Origin: Hormiphora californensis
Taxonomy: Eukaryota > Animalia > Ctenophora
NCBI GenBank assembly: GCA_020137815.1
Contig: CM035352.1
Span: forward strand, 5,952,001 to 6,016,000
Length of the DNA stretch: 64,000 bases
Direction: 5' to 3'
In this document: positions 14,067 through 26,600 of the stretch, in pieces
How positions within the stretch are numbered: the stretch's first letter is position 1
Layout of the letters: each line of letters begins with the position of its first letter
Notes under the pieces: generated by a model
Databases searched by the model: none
What the model saw: only the letters and a program-made list of their open reading frames with translations
Told to the model about the DNA's origin: nothing
Made by a program: the position numbers and the translations under genes

Positions 14067-16035
14067 ATATATCCAATGTTCCTTATCTTCGTTTCGGGAC
14101 TCTAAATACGTGCTCGATTCGAAACAAAACGGAGGAGACAATGCTTTTGATCGAGAGTCAGAAGATTGATATAATGTGTGTCACAGAGTCATGGCTCTCT
14201 GCAAAAGATGAGGCACTGGCTAGAGAGATACAGGAATGCCGCTACAATCTACTGAGTGTAGCCCGAGGAAGTAGGGGAGGAGGGGTGGCGATCATTCATA
14301 AGGAAGAACTAAAAGTGAAACGTTGCAAATCCCGTAAAACGTTCTCTAGCTTTGAGTTTCTGGAGGCTACGGTTGAGGGCCCAGGTATTGATCTGACCAG
14401 AGTCGTGGTCGTATACAGACCCCCAAACACGACTAAACAGACTGTATTTCTCGAAGAATTTGAGGAGCTCCTATCAACCTTCTCCTCTAAGTCTGGGCAT
14501 TTGCTTATAACTGGTGATTTCAACGTTCACGTGGAAAATTCTTTGTGTCCATTCTCAATGAATTTCTTACAGCTACTAGAGGACCAATGCTGGATCCAGC
14601 ATGTACGTGATGCAACGCACATCCATGGCGGCACTCTTGATTTAGTTCTCACCAAGGACACGCCTCTTATTGGAGCTTTAAACGTAACACCGACTCCTGA
14701 GGTGCCTGACCATTTTCTTCTGGACTACCAAATTCACTGTGGGTCGGCAAACAGGCTTCTGAAAACAAAAACTGTTGTCGGAAGATCCTTCAAGAGAGTG
14801 TCAACTGAGACTGTGAAGCAGAAGATATTAGAGTCTAAACTGTGCAAATTACCTCTCCCGTATTCTTTAGAAGACTGTGTCCAGCTGTACAACACTGTAC
14901 TCGAGGAGATACTGGATATGCTAGCACCAATTGAAGAAAAAGAAGTGAAAGAATCCTCAAAACCTCCTTGGTTCACAAAAGAATGCTATGATGCTCAGCA
15001 CAAGCGAAGGAAGGCTGAACGGAAATACAAGTCGGAATACAAAAAAGCCCTAAAAATGAAGAAAAAGAACAAAATCGTATCCCATGATAAAGTTCTAAGG
15101 GCAGAAAGGGAGTTTATAACCGAGATCAGATTCGCAAAGACTGTGTTTAACCGGTCAAGGAGAGACTATTTCCAGAGGCGATTAGATCTTACGGAAGGAA
15201 ATCATTCTGCAAGGTTCCAGATTCTCAACTACTTACTCGGAAAGGAGAAGACATCTACACAGCTGCCGTCGACCGACAACCCAGACCAGCTGCCGGAGAA
15301 AATGATTGACTTCTTTACCTCTAAAATCGAAGCAATCTACGAAAAGATTCAGAACGACCCTGACTTTACAACTCAGCTCCCACCCCTACCACCCGCATCA
15401 ACTACCAATATTCCGGCTTTCTCAAAGTTCCAACCAGTGTCGGATGAGCAGTTGGTATTGACAGTTCGGGCTATGAACAAAAAACACTGTTCACTAGATC
15501 CAATGCCAACAACACTTGTGAATGAAGTCTTTCCAGCTCTTGTACCGATTCTTTCCAAGATTGTAAACACCAGTCTGTCCAAAGGTGTGGTCCCAGAGAG
15601 CCTAAAATCGGCTGTTATTAGGCCTGCGTACAAAAACAGTGATCTCGACCCAGATGATTTGAGCAGTTATAGACCCATCTCCAACCTATCTTTTGTTTCC
15701 AAGATAGTGGAAAAGTGCGTCTCAGATCAACTCACAGCTCACATTGAAAACAATGGGTTGTTCAGCAACGTACAGTCGGCATATCGTTCCAAGCATAGTT
15801 GCGAGACAGCCACCCTGAAGATCGTGAACGATATCCTGATCCAGATGGACAAGAAGTCAAAGGTGATTTTGGTTCTTTTGGACCTTTCTGCTGCCTTTGA
15901 CACTATTTCGCATACTAAGCTGATCCATCGCTTGAAGCAGGATTATGGGGTGACTGGGAAAGTCCTCTGTTGGATTGAATCGTATCTCAAAGACCGCAAA
16001 GCAAAGGTGAAGATTGGGACAGCGGAATCGGAATC
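14063..16035 (+). CDS. LINE ORF2 (AP endonuclease + N-terminal reverse transcriptase), truncated
   Basis: GTLNTCSI, CVTESWL, GGGVAI, VYRPP, GDFNVH, TLDLV, PDH; RT motifs YRPISNLSFVSKIVEK, QSAYR, LLDLSAAFDT (L2-clade signature). The last ~30 aa of the tracked ORF come from the flanking element. Confidence 0.9.
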
Positions 16036-16059
16036 CAGGGCCACCTATTGGCTGAAAAA

Positions 16060-17369
16060 GGGGGGGGGGGTAAGGGGGGCATGGCCCCCTGGGATTTACC
16101 AAAATTTAAAATTTTGTCAATATATTTTGTAGAGGATGTGAGTGCCAATATTTTTACTCTCAAGTCTCAACTTGAGAGTCTCAAGTCTTCATAAACTTCA
16201 TAAAACTTCATAAATAACTTCAATGAAAAACACAAGGCTTCAGTATCCTTTAACACATCCCCCTCTCAGCTCTCACTTCCAGCACCCAATCCAGGATTGA
16301 ATAGGTATTCTGAAAAGGATACCCAATGACTCGCAGCTTAAACAGCGAAGGAGTCGAAGAACTTAGTTTTTACTGTCGGACTTAAAAATGCCTAAAATGC
16401 ATGAAAGCTTGATAAAATTCTCAAGTTTTTCGGGGGCTTCGCCCCCTACAAGATATAAAGCTGCTACGTAAATAGAATGTTGCTGGACAGTCAAATTATT
16501 TCTCTCAAGATGGACTTCTAAATGCCTAAAATGAGTAAAAATCGGTCAAAAGACTCGAATTTTTCCAGGAGCTACGCCCCCTAGACCCCCACCAGGGGCT
16601 TTGCCCCTGGACTCTGTTGGGGGAGGAAAACGTTAAAAATCTGGGTGCCTTCCATTGCTTACAATTCGTAGTTTTGGCGCGCGCGACGGGTAGGGCTATC
16701 CGTTAGGGTCTGGTTAGGGTTTGGTTTGGGGTTATCGGTTAGGGCTATCGATTCTCTAACAGATACCGTTTAGTTTACTCAAATTGGCCATGTGGTTGCG
16801 TGGCTATAGCCGTTTGAAAAAAGTCGGTCTAAGTGTACTCTTTTGGTAGCGCGCACCTGTAAACAGGCTGCAAGGCACCCAGATTATAATCGCGCCCGTT
16901 GGGGGACGTGGGCCCTGCAAATAACAGATAACAGAGACAAAGAAAATTAAATTTTTGAAAGTTTAAAATCTCTCAAACTTTTTAGTGGAAGCTCTTACGG
17001 TAATTCCCACGCCCCGTGGGAAAGTTTTTGACCGTGGGAAAGTTTTCAAACCGTGGGAAAAGAGAGATACATACAATAACGTTAAAAAATAATTATTTTT
17101 TTAATGTTATTGTATGTATCTCTCTTTTCCCACGGCTCGAAAATTTTCCCACGGTCAAAAACTTTCCCACGGGGCGTGGGAAATACCGTAAGAGCTTCCA
17201 CTATTTTTATTTTTCAATATAATAATAATCTATTTTAGCATGCGCGCAAATCAGTTTGTAACGCGCGTCAAAATCCTCAAATAAATTGCACTTCGCGCGC
17301 GAGCAAAATACCAAAATCGAGTGCGGCATCACTGTTGCAGAGTTGACACGGAAAACGTGCCTTTCATTG
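16060..17369. repeat. Direct-repeat copy B of 7140-12402, lacking its insertions
   Basis: Nearly base-for-base match to 7140-8001, 8230-8392 and 12115-12402. Confidence 0.95.
16983..17203. mobile_element. Intact 221-bp palindromic MITE with TAGTGGAAG termini
   Basis: ~100-bp inverted arms carrying repeated CGTGGGAA/TTCCCACG motifs; T-rich flanks on both sides. Confidence 0.85.
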
Positions 17370-17601
17370 CTAACAATTCGTAGTTTTAGCGCGCGCGACG
17401 GGCTAGGGCTATCCGTAAGGTTCTGGTTAGGGTTTGGATTGGGGTTATCGGTTAGGGCTATCGATTCTCTAACAGATACCGTTTAGTTAACTCCAATTGG
17501 CCATGTGGTTGCGCGGTTATAGCCGTTTGAAAAAAGTCGGTCTATGTTGGTAGCACGCACCTGTAAACAGGCTGCAAGACACCCAGATTATAATCGCGCC
17601 C

Positions 17602-20600
17602 CTTTCCCACTTTAACCTCCTTATCTCTAAGAAACTTTCCCACTTTGACCTCCTTATCTCTAAGAAACTTTCCCACTTTGACCTCCTTATCTCTAAGAAA
17701 CTTTCCCAATTTGACCTCCTAATCTCTAAGAAACTTTCCCATTTTGACCTCCTTTTCTCTAAGAAACTTTCCCACTTTGACCTCCTTATCTCTAAGAAAC
17801 TTTCCCGATTTGACCTCCTTATCTCTAAGAAACTTTCCCATTTTGACCTCTTTATCTCAAAGAAACTTGTCCCACTTTGACCTCCTTATCTCTAAGAAAC
17901 TTTCCCACTTTGACCTCCTTATCTCTAAGAAACTTTCCCACTTTGACCTCCTTATCTCTAAGAAACTTTCCCAATTTGACCTCCTTATCTCTAAGAAACT
18001 TTCCCAATTTGACCTCCTTATCTCTAAGAAACTTTCCCATTTTGACCTCCTTATCTCAAAGAAACTTGTCCCACTTTGACCTCCTTATCTCTAAGAAACT
18101 TTCCCACTTTGACCTCCTTATCTCTAAGAAACTTTCCCACTTTGACCTCCTTATCTCTAAGAAACTTTCCCAATTCGACCTCCTTATCTCTAAGAAACTT
18201 TCCCATTTTGACCTCCTTATCTCTAAGAAACTTTCCCATTTTGACCTCCTTATCTCTAAGAAACTTTCCCATTTTGACCTCTTTATCTCTAAGAAACTTT
18301 CCCAATTTGACCTCCTTATCTCTAAGAAACTTTCCCATTTTGACCTCCTTATCTCTAAGAAACTTTCCCATTTTGACCTCCTTATCTCTAAGAAACTTGT
18401 CCCACTTTGACCTCCTTATCTCTAAGAAACTTTCCCAATTTGACCTCCTTATCTCTAAGAAACTTTCCCAATTTCACCTCCTTATCTCTAAGAAACTTTC
18501 CCACTTTGACCTCCTTATCTCTAAGAAACTTTCCCAATTTCTCCTCCTTATCTCTAAGAAACTTTCCCATTTTGACCTCCTTATCTCTAAGAAACTTTCC
18601 CATTTTGACCTCCTTATCTCTAAGAAACTTGTCCCACTTTGACCTCCTTATCTCTAAGAAACTTGTCCCACTTTGACCTCCTTATCTCTAAGAAACTTTC
18701 CCAATTTGACCTCCTTATCTCTAAGAAACTTTCCCACTTTGACCTCCTTATCTCTAAGAAACTTTCCCATTTTGACCTCCTTATCTCTAAGAAACTTTCC
18801 CACTTTGACCTCTTTATCTCTAAGAAACTTTCCCAATTTGACCTCCTTATCTCTAAGAAACTTTCCCTTTTTGACCTCCTTATCTCAAAGAAATTTGTCC
18901 CACTTTGACCTCCTTATCTCTAAGAAACTTTCCCAATTTGACCTCCTTATCTCTAAGAAACTTTCCCATTTTGACCTCCTTATCTCTAAGAAACTTTCCC
19001 ACTTTGACCTCCTTATCTCTAAGAAACTTTCCCACTTTGACCTCCTTATCTCTTAGAAACTCACCCACTTTGACCTCCTTATCTCTAAGAAACTTTCCCA
19101 ATTTGACCTCTTTATCTCTAAGAAACTTTCCCATTTTGATCTCCTTATCTCTAAGAAACTTTCCCACTTTGACCTCCTTATCTCTAAGAAACTTTCCCAT
19201 TTTGACCTCCTTATCTCTAAGAAACTTTCCCATTTTGACCTCTTTATCTCAAAGAAACTTGTCCCACTTTGACCTCCTTATCTCTAAGAAACTTTCCCAC
19301 TTTGACCTCCTTATCTCTAAAAAACTTTCCCACTTTGACCTCCTTATCTCTAAGAAACTTTCCCAATTTGACCTCTTTATCTCTAAGAAACTTTCCCAAT
19401 TTGACCTCCTTATCTCTAAGAAACTTTCCCATTTTGACCTCCTTATCTCAAAGAAATTTGTCCCACTTTGACCTCCTTATCTCTAAGAAACTTTCCCAAT
19501 TTGACCTCCTTATCTCTAAGAAACTTTCCCATTTTGACCTCCTTATCTCTAAGAAACTTTCCCACTTTGACCTCCTTATCTCTAAGAAACTTTCCCAATT
19601 TGACCTCCTTATCTCTAAGAAACTTTCCCTTTTTGACTTCCTTATCTCTAAGAAATTTGTCCCACTTTGACCTCCTTATCTCTAAGAAACTTTCCCAATT
19701 TGACCTCCTTATCTCTAAGAAACTTTCCCATTTTGATCTCCTTATCTCTAAGAAACTTTCCCACTTTGACCTCCTTATCTCTAAGAAACTTTCCCACTTT
19801 GACCTCCTTATCTCTAAGAAATTTGTCCCACTTTGACCTCCTTATCTCTAAGAAACTTTCCCATTTTGACCTCCTTATCTCTAAGAAACTTTCCCACTTT
19901 GACCTCTTTATCTCTAAGAAACTTTCCCAATTTGACCTCCTTATCTCTAAGAAACTTTCCCATTTTGACCTCCTTATCTCAAAGAAATTTGTCCCACTTT
20001 GACCTCCTTATCTCTAAGAAACTTTCCCACTTTGACCTCCCTATCTCTAAGAAACTTTCCCAATTTGACCTCCTTATCTCTAAGAAACTTTCCCATTTTT
20101 ACCTCCTTATCTCAAAGAAACTTTCCCATTTTGACCTCCTTATCTCTAAGAAACTTTCCCATTTTGACCTCCTTATCTCTAAGAAACTTTCCCATTTTGA
20201 CCTCTTTATCTCTAAGAAACTTTCCCAATTTGACCTCCTTATCTCTAAGAAACTTTCCCATTTTGACCTCCTTATCTCTAAGAAACTTTCCCATTTTGAC
20301 CTCCTTATCTCTAAGAAACTTGTCCCACTTTGACCTCCTTATCTCTAAGAAACTTTCCCAATTTGACCTCCTTATCTCTAAGAAACTTTCCCAATTTCAC
20401 CTCCTTATCTCTAAGAAACTTTCCCACTTTGACTTCCTTATCTCTAAGAAACTTTCCCAATTTCTCCTCCTTATCTCTAAGAAACTTTCCCATTTTGACC
20501 TCCTTATCTCTAAGAAACTTTCCCATTTTGACCTCCTTATCTCTAAGAAACTTGTCCCACTTTGACCTCCTTATCTCTAAGAAACTTGTCCCACTTTGAC

Positions 20601-23600
20601 CTCCTTATCTCTAAGAAACTTTCCCAATTTGACCTCCTTATCTCTAAGAAACTTTCCCACTTTGACCTCCTTATCTCTAAGAAACTTTCCCATTTTGACC
20701 TCCTTATCTCTAAGAAACTTTCCCACTTTGACCTCTTTATCTCTAAGAAACTTTCCCAATTTGACCTCCTTATCTCTAAGAAACTTTCCCTTTTTGACCT
20801 CCTTATCTCAAAGAAATTTGTCCCACTTTGACCTCCTTATCTCTAAGAAACTTTCCCAATTTGACCTCCTTATCTCTAAGAAACTTTCCCATTTTGACCT
20901 CCTTATCTCTAAGAAACTTTCCCACTTTGACCTCCTTATCTCTAAGAAACTTTCCCACTTTGACCTCCTTATCTCTTAGAAACTCACCCACTTTGACCTC
21001 CTTATCTCTAAGAAACTTTCCCAATTTGACCTCTTTATCTCTAAGAAACTTTCCCATTTTGATCTCCTTATCTCTAAGAAACTTTCCCACTTTGACCTCC
21101 TTATCTCTAAGAAACTTTCCCATTTTGACCTCCTTATCTCTAAGAAACTTTCCCATTTTGACCTCTTTATCTCAAAGAAACTTGTCCCACTTTGACCTCC
21201 TTATCTCTAAGAAACTTTCCCACTTTGACCTCCTTATCTCTAAAAAACTTTCCCACTTTGACCTCCTTATCTCTAAGAAACTTTCCCAATTTGACCTCTT
21301 TATCTCTAAGAAACTTTCCCAATTTGACCTCCTTATCTCTAAGAAACTTTCCCATTTTGACCTCCTTATCTCAAAGAAATTTGTCCCACTTTGACCTCCT
21401 TATCTCTAAGAAACTTTCCCAATTTGACCTCCTTATCTCTAAGAAACTTTCCCATTTTGACCTCCTTATCTCTAAGAAACTTTCCCACTTTGACCTCCTT
21501 ATCTCTAAGAAACTTTCCCAATTTGACCTCCTTATCTCTAAGAAACTTTCCCTTTTTGACTTCCTTATCTCTAAGAAATTTGTCCCACTTTGACCTCCTT
21601 ATCTCTAAGAAACTTTCCCAATTTGACCTCCTTATCTCTAAGAAACTTTCCCATTTTGATCTCCTTATCTCTAAGAAACTTTCCCACTTTGACCTCCTTA
21701 TCTCTAAGAAACTTTCCCACTTTGACCTCCTTATCTCTAAGAAATTTGTCCCACTTTGACCTCCTTATCTCTAAGAAACTTTCCCATTTTGACCTCCTTA
21801 TCTCTAAGAAACTTTCCCACTTTGACCTCTTTATCTCTAAGAAACTTTCCCAATTTGACCTCCTTATCTCTAAGAAACTTTCCCATTTTGACCTCCTTAT
21901 CTCAAAGAAATTTGTCCCACTTTGACCTCCTTATATCTAAGAAACTTTCCCACTTTGACCTCCCTATCTCTAAGAAACTTTCCCAATTTGACCTCCTTAT
22001 CTCTAAGAAACTTTTCCATTTTTACCTCCTTATCTCAAAGAAACTTGTCCCACTTTGACCTCCTTATCTCTAAGAAACTTTCCCAATTTGACCTCCTTAT
22101 CTCTAAGAAACTTTCCCATTTTGACCTCCTTATCTCTAAGAAACTTGTCCCACTTTGACCTCCTTATCTCTAAGAAACTTTCCCAATTTGACCTCCTTAT
22201 CTCTAAGAAACTTTCCCAATTTCACCTCCTTATCTCTAAGAAACTTTCCCACTTTGACCTCCTTATCTCTAAGAAACTTTCCCAATTTCTCCTCCTTATC
22301 TCTAAGAAACTTTCCCATTTTGACCTCCTTATCTCTAAGAAACTTTCCCATTTTGACCTCCTTATCTCTAAGAAACTTGTCCCACTTTGACCTCCTTATC
22401 TCTAAGAAACTTGTCCCACTTTGACCTCCTTATCTCTAAGAAACTTTCCCAATTTGACCTCCTTATCTCTAAGAAACTTTCCCACTTTGACCTCCTTATC
22501 TCTAAGAAACTTTCCCATTTTGACCTCCTTATCTCTAAGAAACTTTCCCACTTTGACCTCTTTATCTCTAAGAAACTTTCCCAATTTGACCTCCTTATCT
22601 CTAAGAAACTTTCCCTTTTTGACCTCCTTATCTCAAAGAAATTTGTCCCACTTTGACCTCCTTATCTCTAAGAAACTTTCCCAATTTGACCTCCTTTTCT
22701 CTAAGAAACTTTCCATTTTGACCTCCTTATCTCTAAGAAACTTTCCCACTTTGACCTCCTTATCTCTAAGAAACTTTCCCACTTTGACCTCCTTATCTCT
22801 TAGAAACTCACCCACTTTGACCTCCTTATCTCTAAGAAGCTTTCCCAATTTGACCTCTTTATCTCTAAGAAACTTTCCCATTTTGATCTCCTTATCTCTA
22901 AGAAACTTTCCCACTTTGACCTCCTTATCTCTAAGAAACTTTCCCATTTTGACCTCCTTATCTCTAAGAAACTTTCCCATTTTGACCTCTTTATCTCAAA
23001 GAAACTTGTCCCACTTTGACCTCCTTATCTCTAAGAAACTTTCCCACTTTGACCTCCTTATCTCTAAAAAACTTTCCCACTTTGACCTCCTTATCTCTAA
23101 GAAACTTTCCCAATTTGACCTCTTTATCTCTAAGAAACTTTCCCAATTTGACCTCCTTATCTCTAAGAAACTTTCCCATTTTTACCTCCTTATCTCAAAG
23201 AAATTTGTCCCACTTTGACCTCCTTATCTCTAAGAAACTTTCCCAATTTGACCTCCTTATCTCTAAGAAACTTTCCCATTTTGACCTCCTTATCTCTAAG
23301 AAACTTTCCCACTTTGACCTCCTTATCTCTAAGAAACTTTCCCAATTTGACCTCCTTATCTCTAAGAAACTTTCCCTTTTTGACTTCCTTATCTCTAAGA
23401 AATTTGTCCCACTTTGACCTCCTTATCTCTAAGAAACTTTCCCAATTTGACCTCCTTATCTCTAAGAAACTTTCCCATTTTGATCTCCTTATCTCTAAGA
23501 AACTTTCCCACTTTGACCTCCTTATCTCTAAGAAACTTTCCCACTTTGACCTCCTTATCTCTAAGAAATTTGTCCCACTTTGACCTCCTTATCTCTAAGA

Positions 23601-26600
23601 AACTTTCCCATTTTGACCTCCTTATCTCTAAGAAACTTTCCCACTTTGACCTCTTTATCTCTAAGAAACTTTCCCAATTTGACCTCCTTATCTCTAAGAA
23701 ACTTTCCCATTTTGACCTCCTTATCTCTAAGAAACTTTCCCACTTTGACCTCTTTATCTCTAAGAAACTTTCCCAATTTGACCTCCTTATCTCTAAGAAA
23801 CTTTCCCATTTTGACCTCCTTATCTCAAAGAAATTTGTCCCACTTTGACCTCCTTATCTCTAAGAAACTTTCCCACTTTGACCTCCCTATCTCTAAGAAA
23901 CTTTCCCAATTTGACCTCCTTATCTCTAAGAAACTTTCCCATTTTGACCTCCTTATCTCTAAGAAACTTTCCCATTTTGACCTCCTTATCTCTAAGAAAC
24001 TTGTCCCACTTTGACCTCCTTATCTCTAAGAAACTTTCCCAATTTGACCTCCTTATCTCTAAGAAACTTTCCCAATTTCACCTCCTTATCTCTAAGAAAC
24101 TTTCCCACTTTGACCTCCTTATCTCTAAGAAACTTTCCCAATTTCTCCTCCTTATCTCTAAGAAACTTTCCCATTTTGACCTCCTTATCTCTAAGAAACT
24201 TTCCCATTTTGACCTCCTTATCTCTAAGAAACTTGTCCCACTTTGACCTCCTTATCTCTAAGAAACTTGTCCCACTTTGACCTCCTTATCTCTAAGAAAC
24301 TTTCCCAATTTGACCTCCTTATCTCTAAGAAACTTTCCCACTTTGACCTCCTTATCTCTAAGAAACTTTCCCATTTTGACCTCCTTATCTCTAAGAAACT
24401 TTCCCACTTTGACCTCTTTATCTCTAAGAAACTTTCCCAATTTGACCTCCTTATCTCTAAGAAACTTTCCCTTTTTGACCTCCTTATCTCAAAGAAATTT
24501 GTCCCACTTTGACCTCCTTATCTCTAAGAAACTTTCCCAATTTGACCTCCTTATCTCTAAGAAACTTTCCCATTTTGACCTCCTTATCTCTAAGAAACTT
24601 TCCCACTTTGACCTCCTTATCTCTAAGAAACTTTCCCACTTTGACCTCCTTATCTCTTAGAAACTCACCCACTTTGACCTCCTTATCTCTAAGAAACTTT
24701 CCCAATTTGACCTCTTTATCTCTAAGAAACTTTCCCATTTTGATCTCCTTATCTCTAAGAAACTTTCCCACTTTGACCTCCTTATCTCTAAGAAACTTTC
24801 CCATTTTGACCTCCTTATCTCTAAGAAACTTTCCCATTTTGACCTCTTTATCTCAAAGAAACTTGTCCCACTTTGACTTCCTTATCTCTAAGAAACTTTC
24901 CCACTTTGACCTCCTTATCTCTAAAAAACTTTCCCACTTTGACCTCCTTATCTCTAAGAAACTTTCCCAATTTGACCTCTTTATCTCTAAGAAACTTTCC
25001 CAATTTGACCTCCTTATCTCTAAGAAACTTTCCCATTTTGACCTCCTTATCTCAAAGAAATTTGTCCCACTTTGACCTCCTTATCTCTAAGAAACTTTCC
25101 CAATTTGACCTCCTTATCTCTAAGAAACTTTCCCATTTTGACCTCCTTATCTCTAAGAAACTTTCCCACTTTGACCTCCTTATCTCTAAGAAACTTTCCC
25201 AATTTGACCTCCTTATCTCTAAGAAACTTTCCCTTTTTGACTTCCTTATCTCTAAGAAATTTGTCCCACTTTGACCTCCTTATCTCTAAGAAACTTTCCC
25301 AATTTGACCTCCTTATCTCTAAGAAACTTTCCCATTTTGATCTCCTTATCTCTAAGAAACTTTCCCACTTTGACCTCCTTATCTCTAAGAAACTTTCCCA
25401 CTTTGACCTCCTTATCTCTAAGAAATTTGTCCCACTTTGACCTCCTTATCTCTAAGAAACTTTCCCATTTTGACCTCCTTATCTCTAAGAAACTTTCCCA
25501 CTTTGACCTCTTTATCTCTAAGAAACTTTCCCAATTTGACCTCCTTATCTCTAAGAAACTTTCCCATTTTGACCTCCTTATCTCAAAGAAATTTGTCCCA
25601 CTTTGACCTCCTTATCTCTAAGAAACTTTCCCACTTTGACCTCCCTATCTCTAAGAAACTTTCCCAATTTGACCTCCTTATCTCTAAGAAACTTTCCCAT
25701 TTTTACCTCCTTATCTCAAAGAAACTTGTCCCACTTTGACCTCCTTATCTCTAAGAAACTTTCCCAATTTGACCTCCTTATCTCTAAGAAACTTTCCCAT
25801 TTTGACCTCCTTATCTCTAAGAAACTTTCCCACTTTTACCTCCTTATCTCTAAGAAACTTTCCCACTTTGACCTCCTTATCTCTAAGAAACTTTCCCACT
25901 TTGACCTCCTTATCTCTAAGAAACTTTCCCACTTTGACCTCCTTATCTCTAGGAAACTTTCCCAATTTGACCTCCTTATCTCTAAGAAACTTTCCCATTT
26001 TGACCTCCTTATCTCTAAGAAATTTTCCCACTTTGACCTCCTTATCTCTAAGAAACTTTCCCATTTTGACCTCCTTATCTCAAAGAAACTTGTCCCACTT
26101 TGACCTCCTTATCTCTAAGAAACTTTCCCATTTTGACCTCCTAATCTCAAAGAAATTTGTCTCACTTTGACCTCCTTATCTCTAAGAAACTTTCCCACTT
26201 TGACCTCGTTATCTCTAAGAAACTTTCCCAGTTTGACCTCCTTATCTCTAAGAAACTTTCCCAATTTGACCTCCTTATCTCAAAGAAACTTGTCCCACTT
26301 TGACCTCCTTATCTCTAAGAAACTTTCCCAATTTGACCTCCTTATCTCTAAGAAACTTTCCCATTTTGACCTCCTTATCTCTAAGAAACTTTCCCACTTT
26401 GACCTCCTTATCTCTAAAAAACTTTCCCAATTTGACTTCCTTATCTCTAAGAAACTTTCCCATTTTAACCTCTTAATCTTTTAGAAACTTTCCCACTTTG
26501 ACCTCCTTATCTCTCAGAAACTTTCCCACTTTGACCTCCTAATCTTTAAGTAACTTGTCCCACTTTGACTTCCTAATCTGTAAGAAACTTTACCACTTTG

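Larger units (their letters stand above)
12403..16035 (+). mobile_element. L2/CR1-group LINE, 5'-intact and 3'-truncated
   Basis: Starts where copy A diverges from copy B (GTGCCTTTCATTG|). Holds ORF1 plus APE-RT ORF2, cut before the RT QG and YADD motifs by a CAGGGCC transposon end. Confidence 0.9.
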
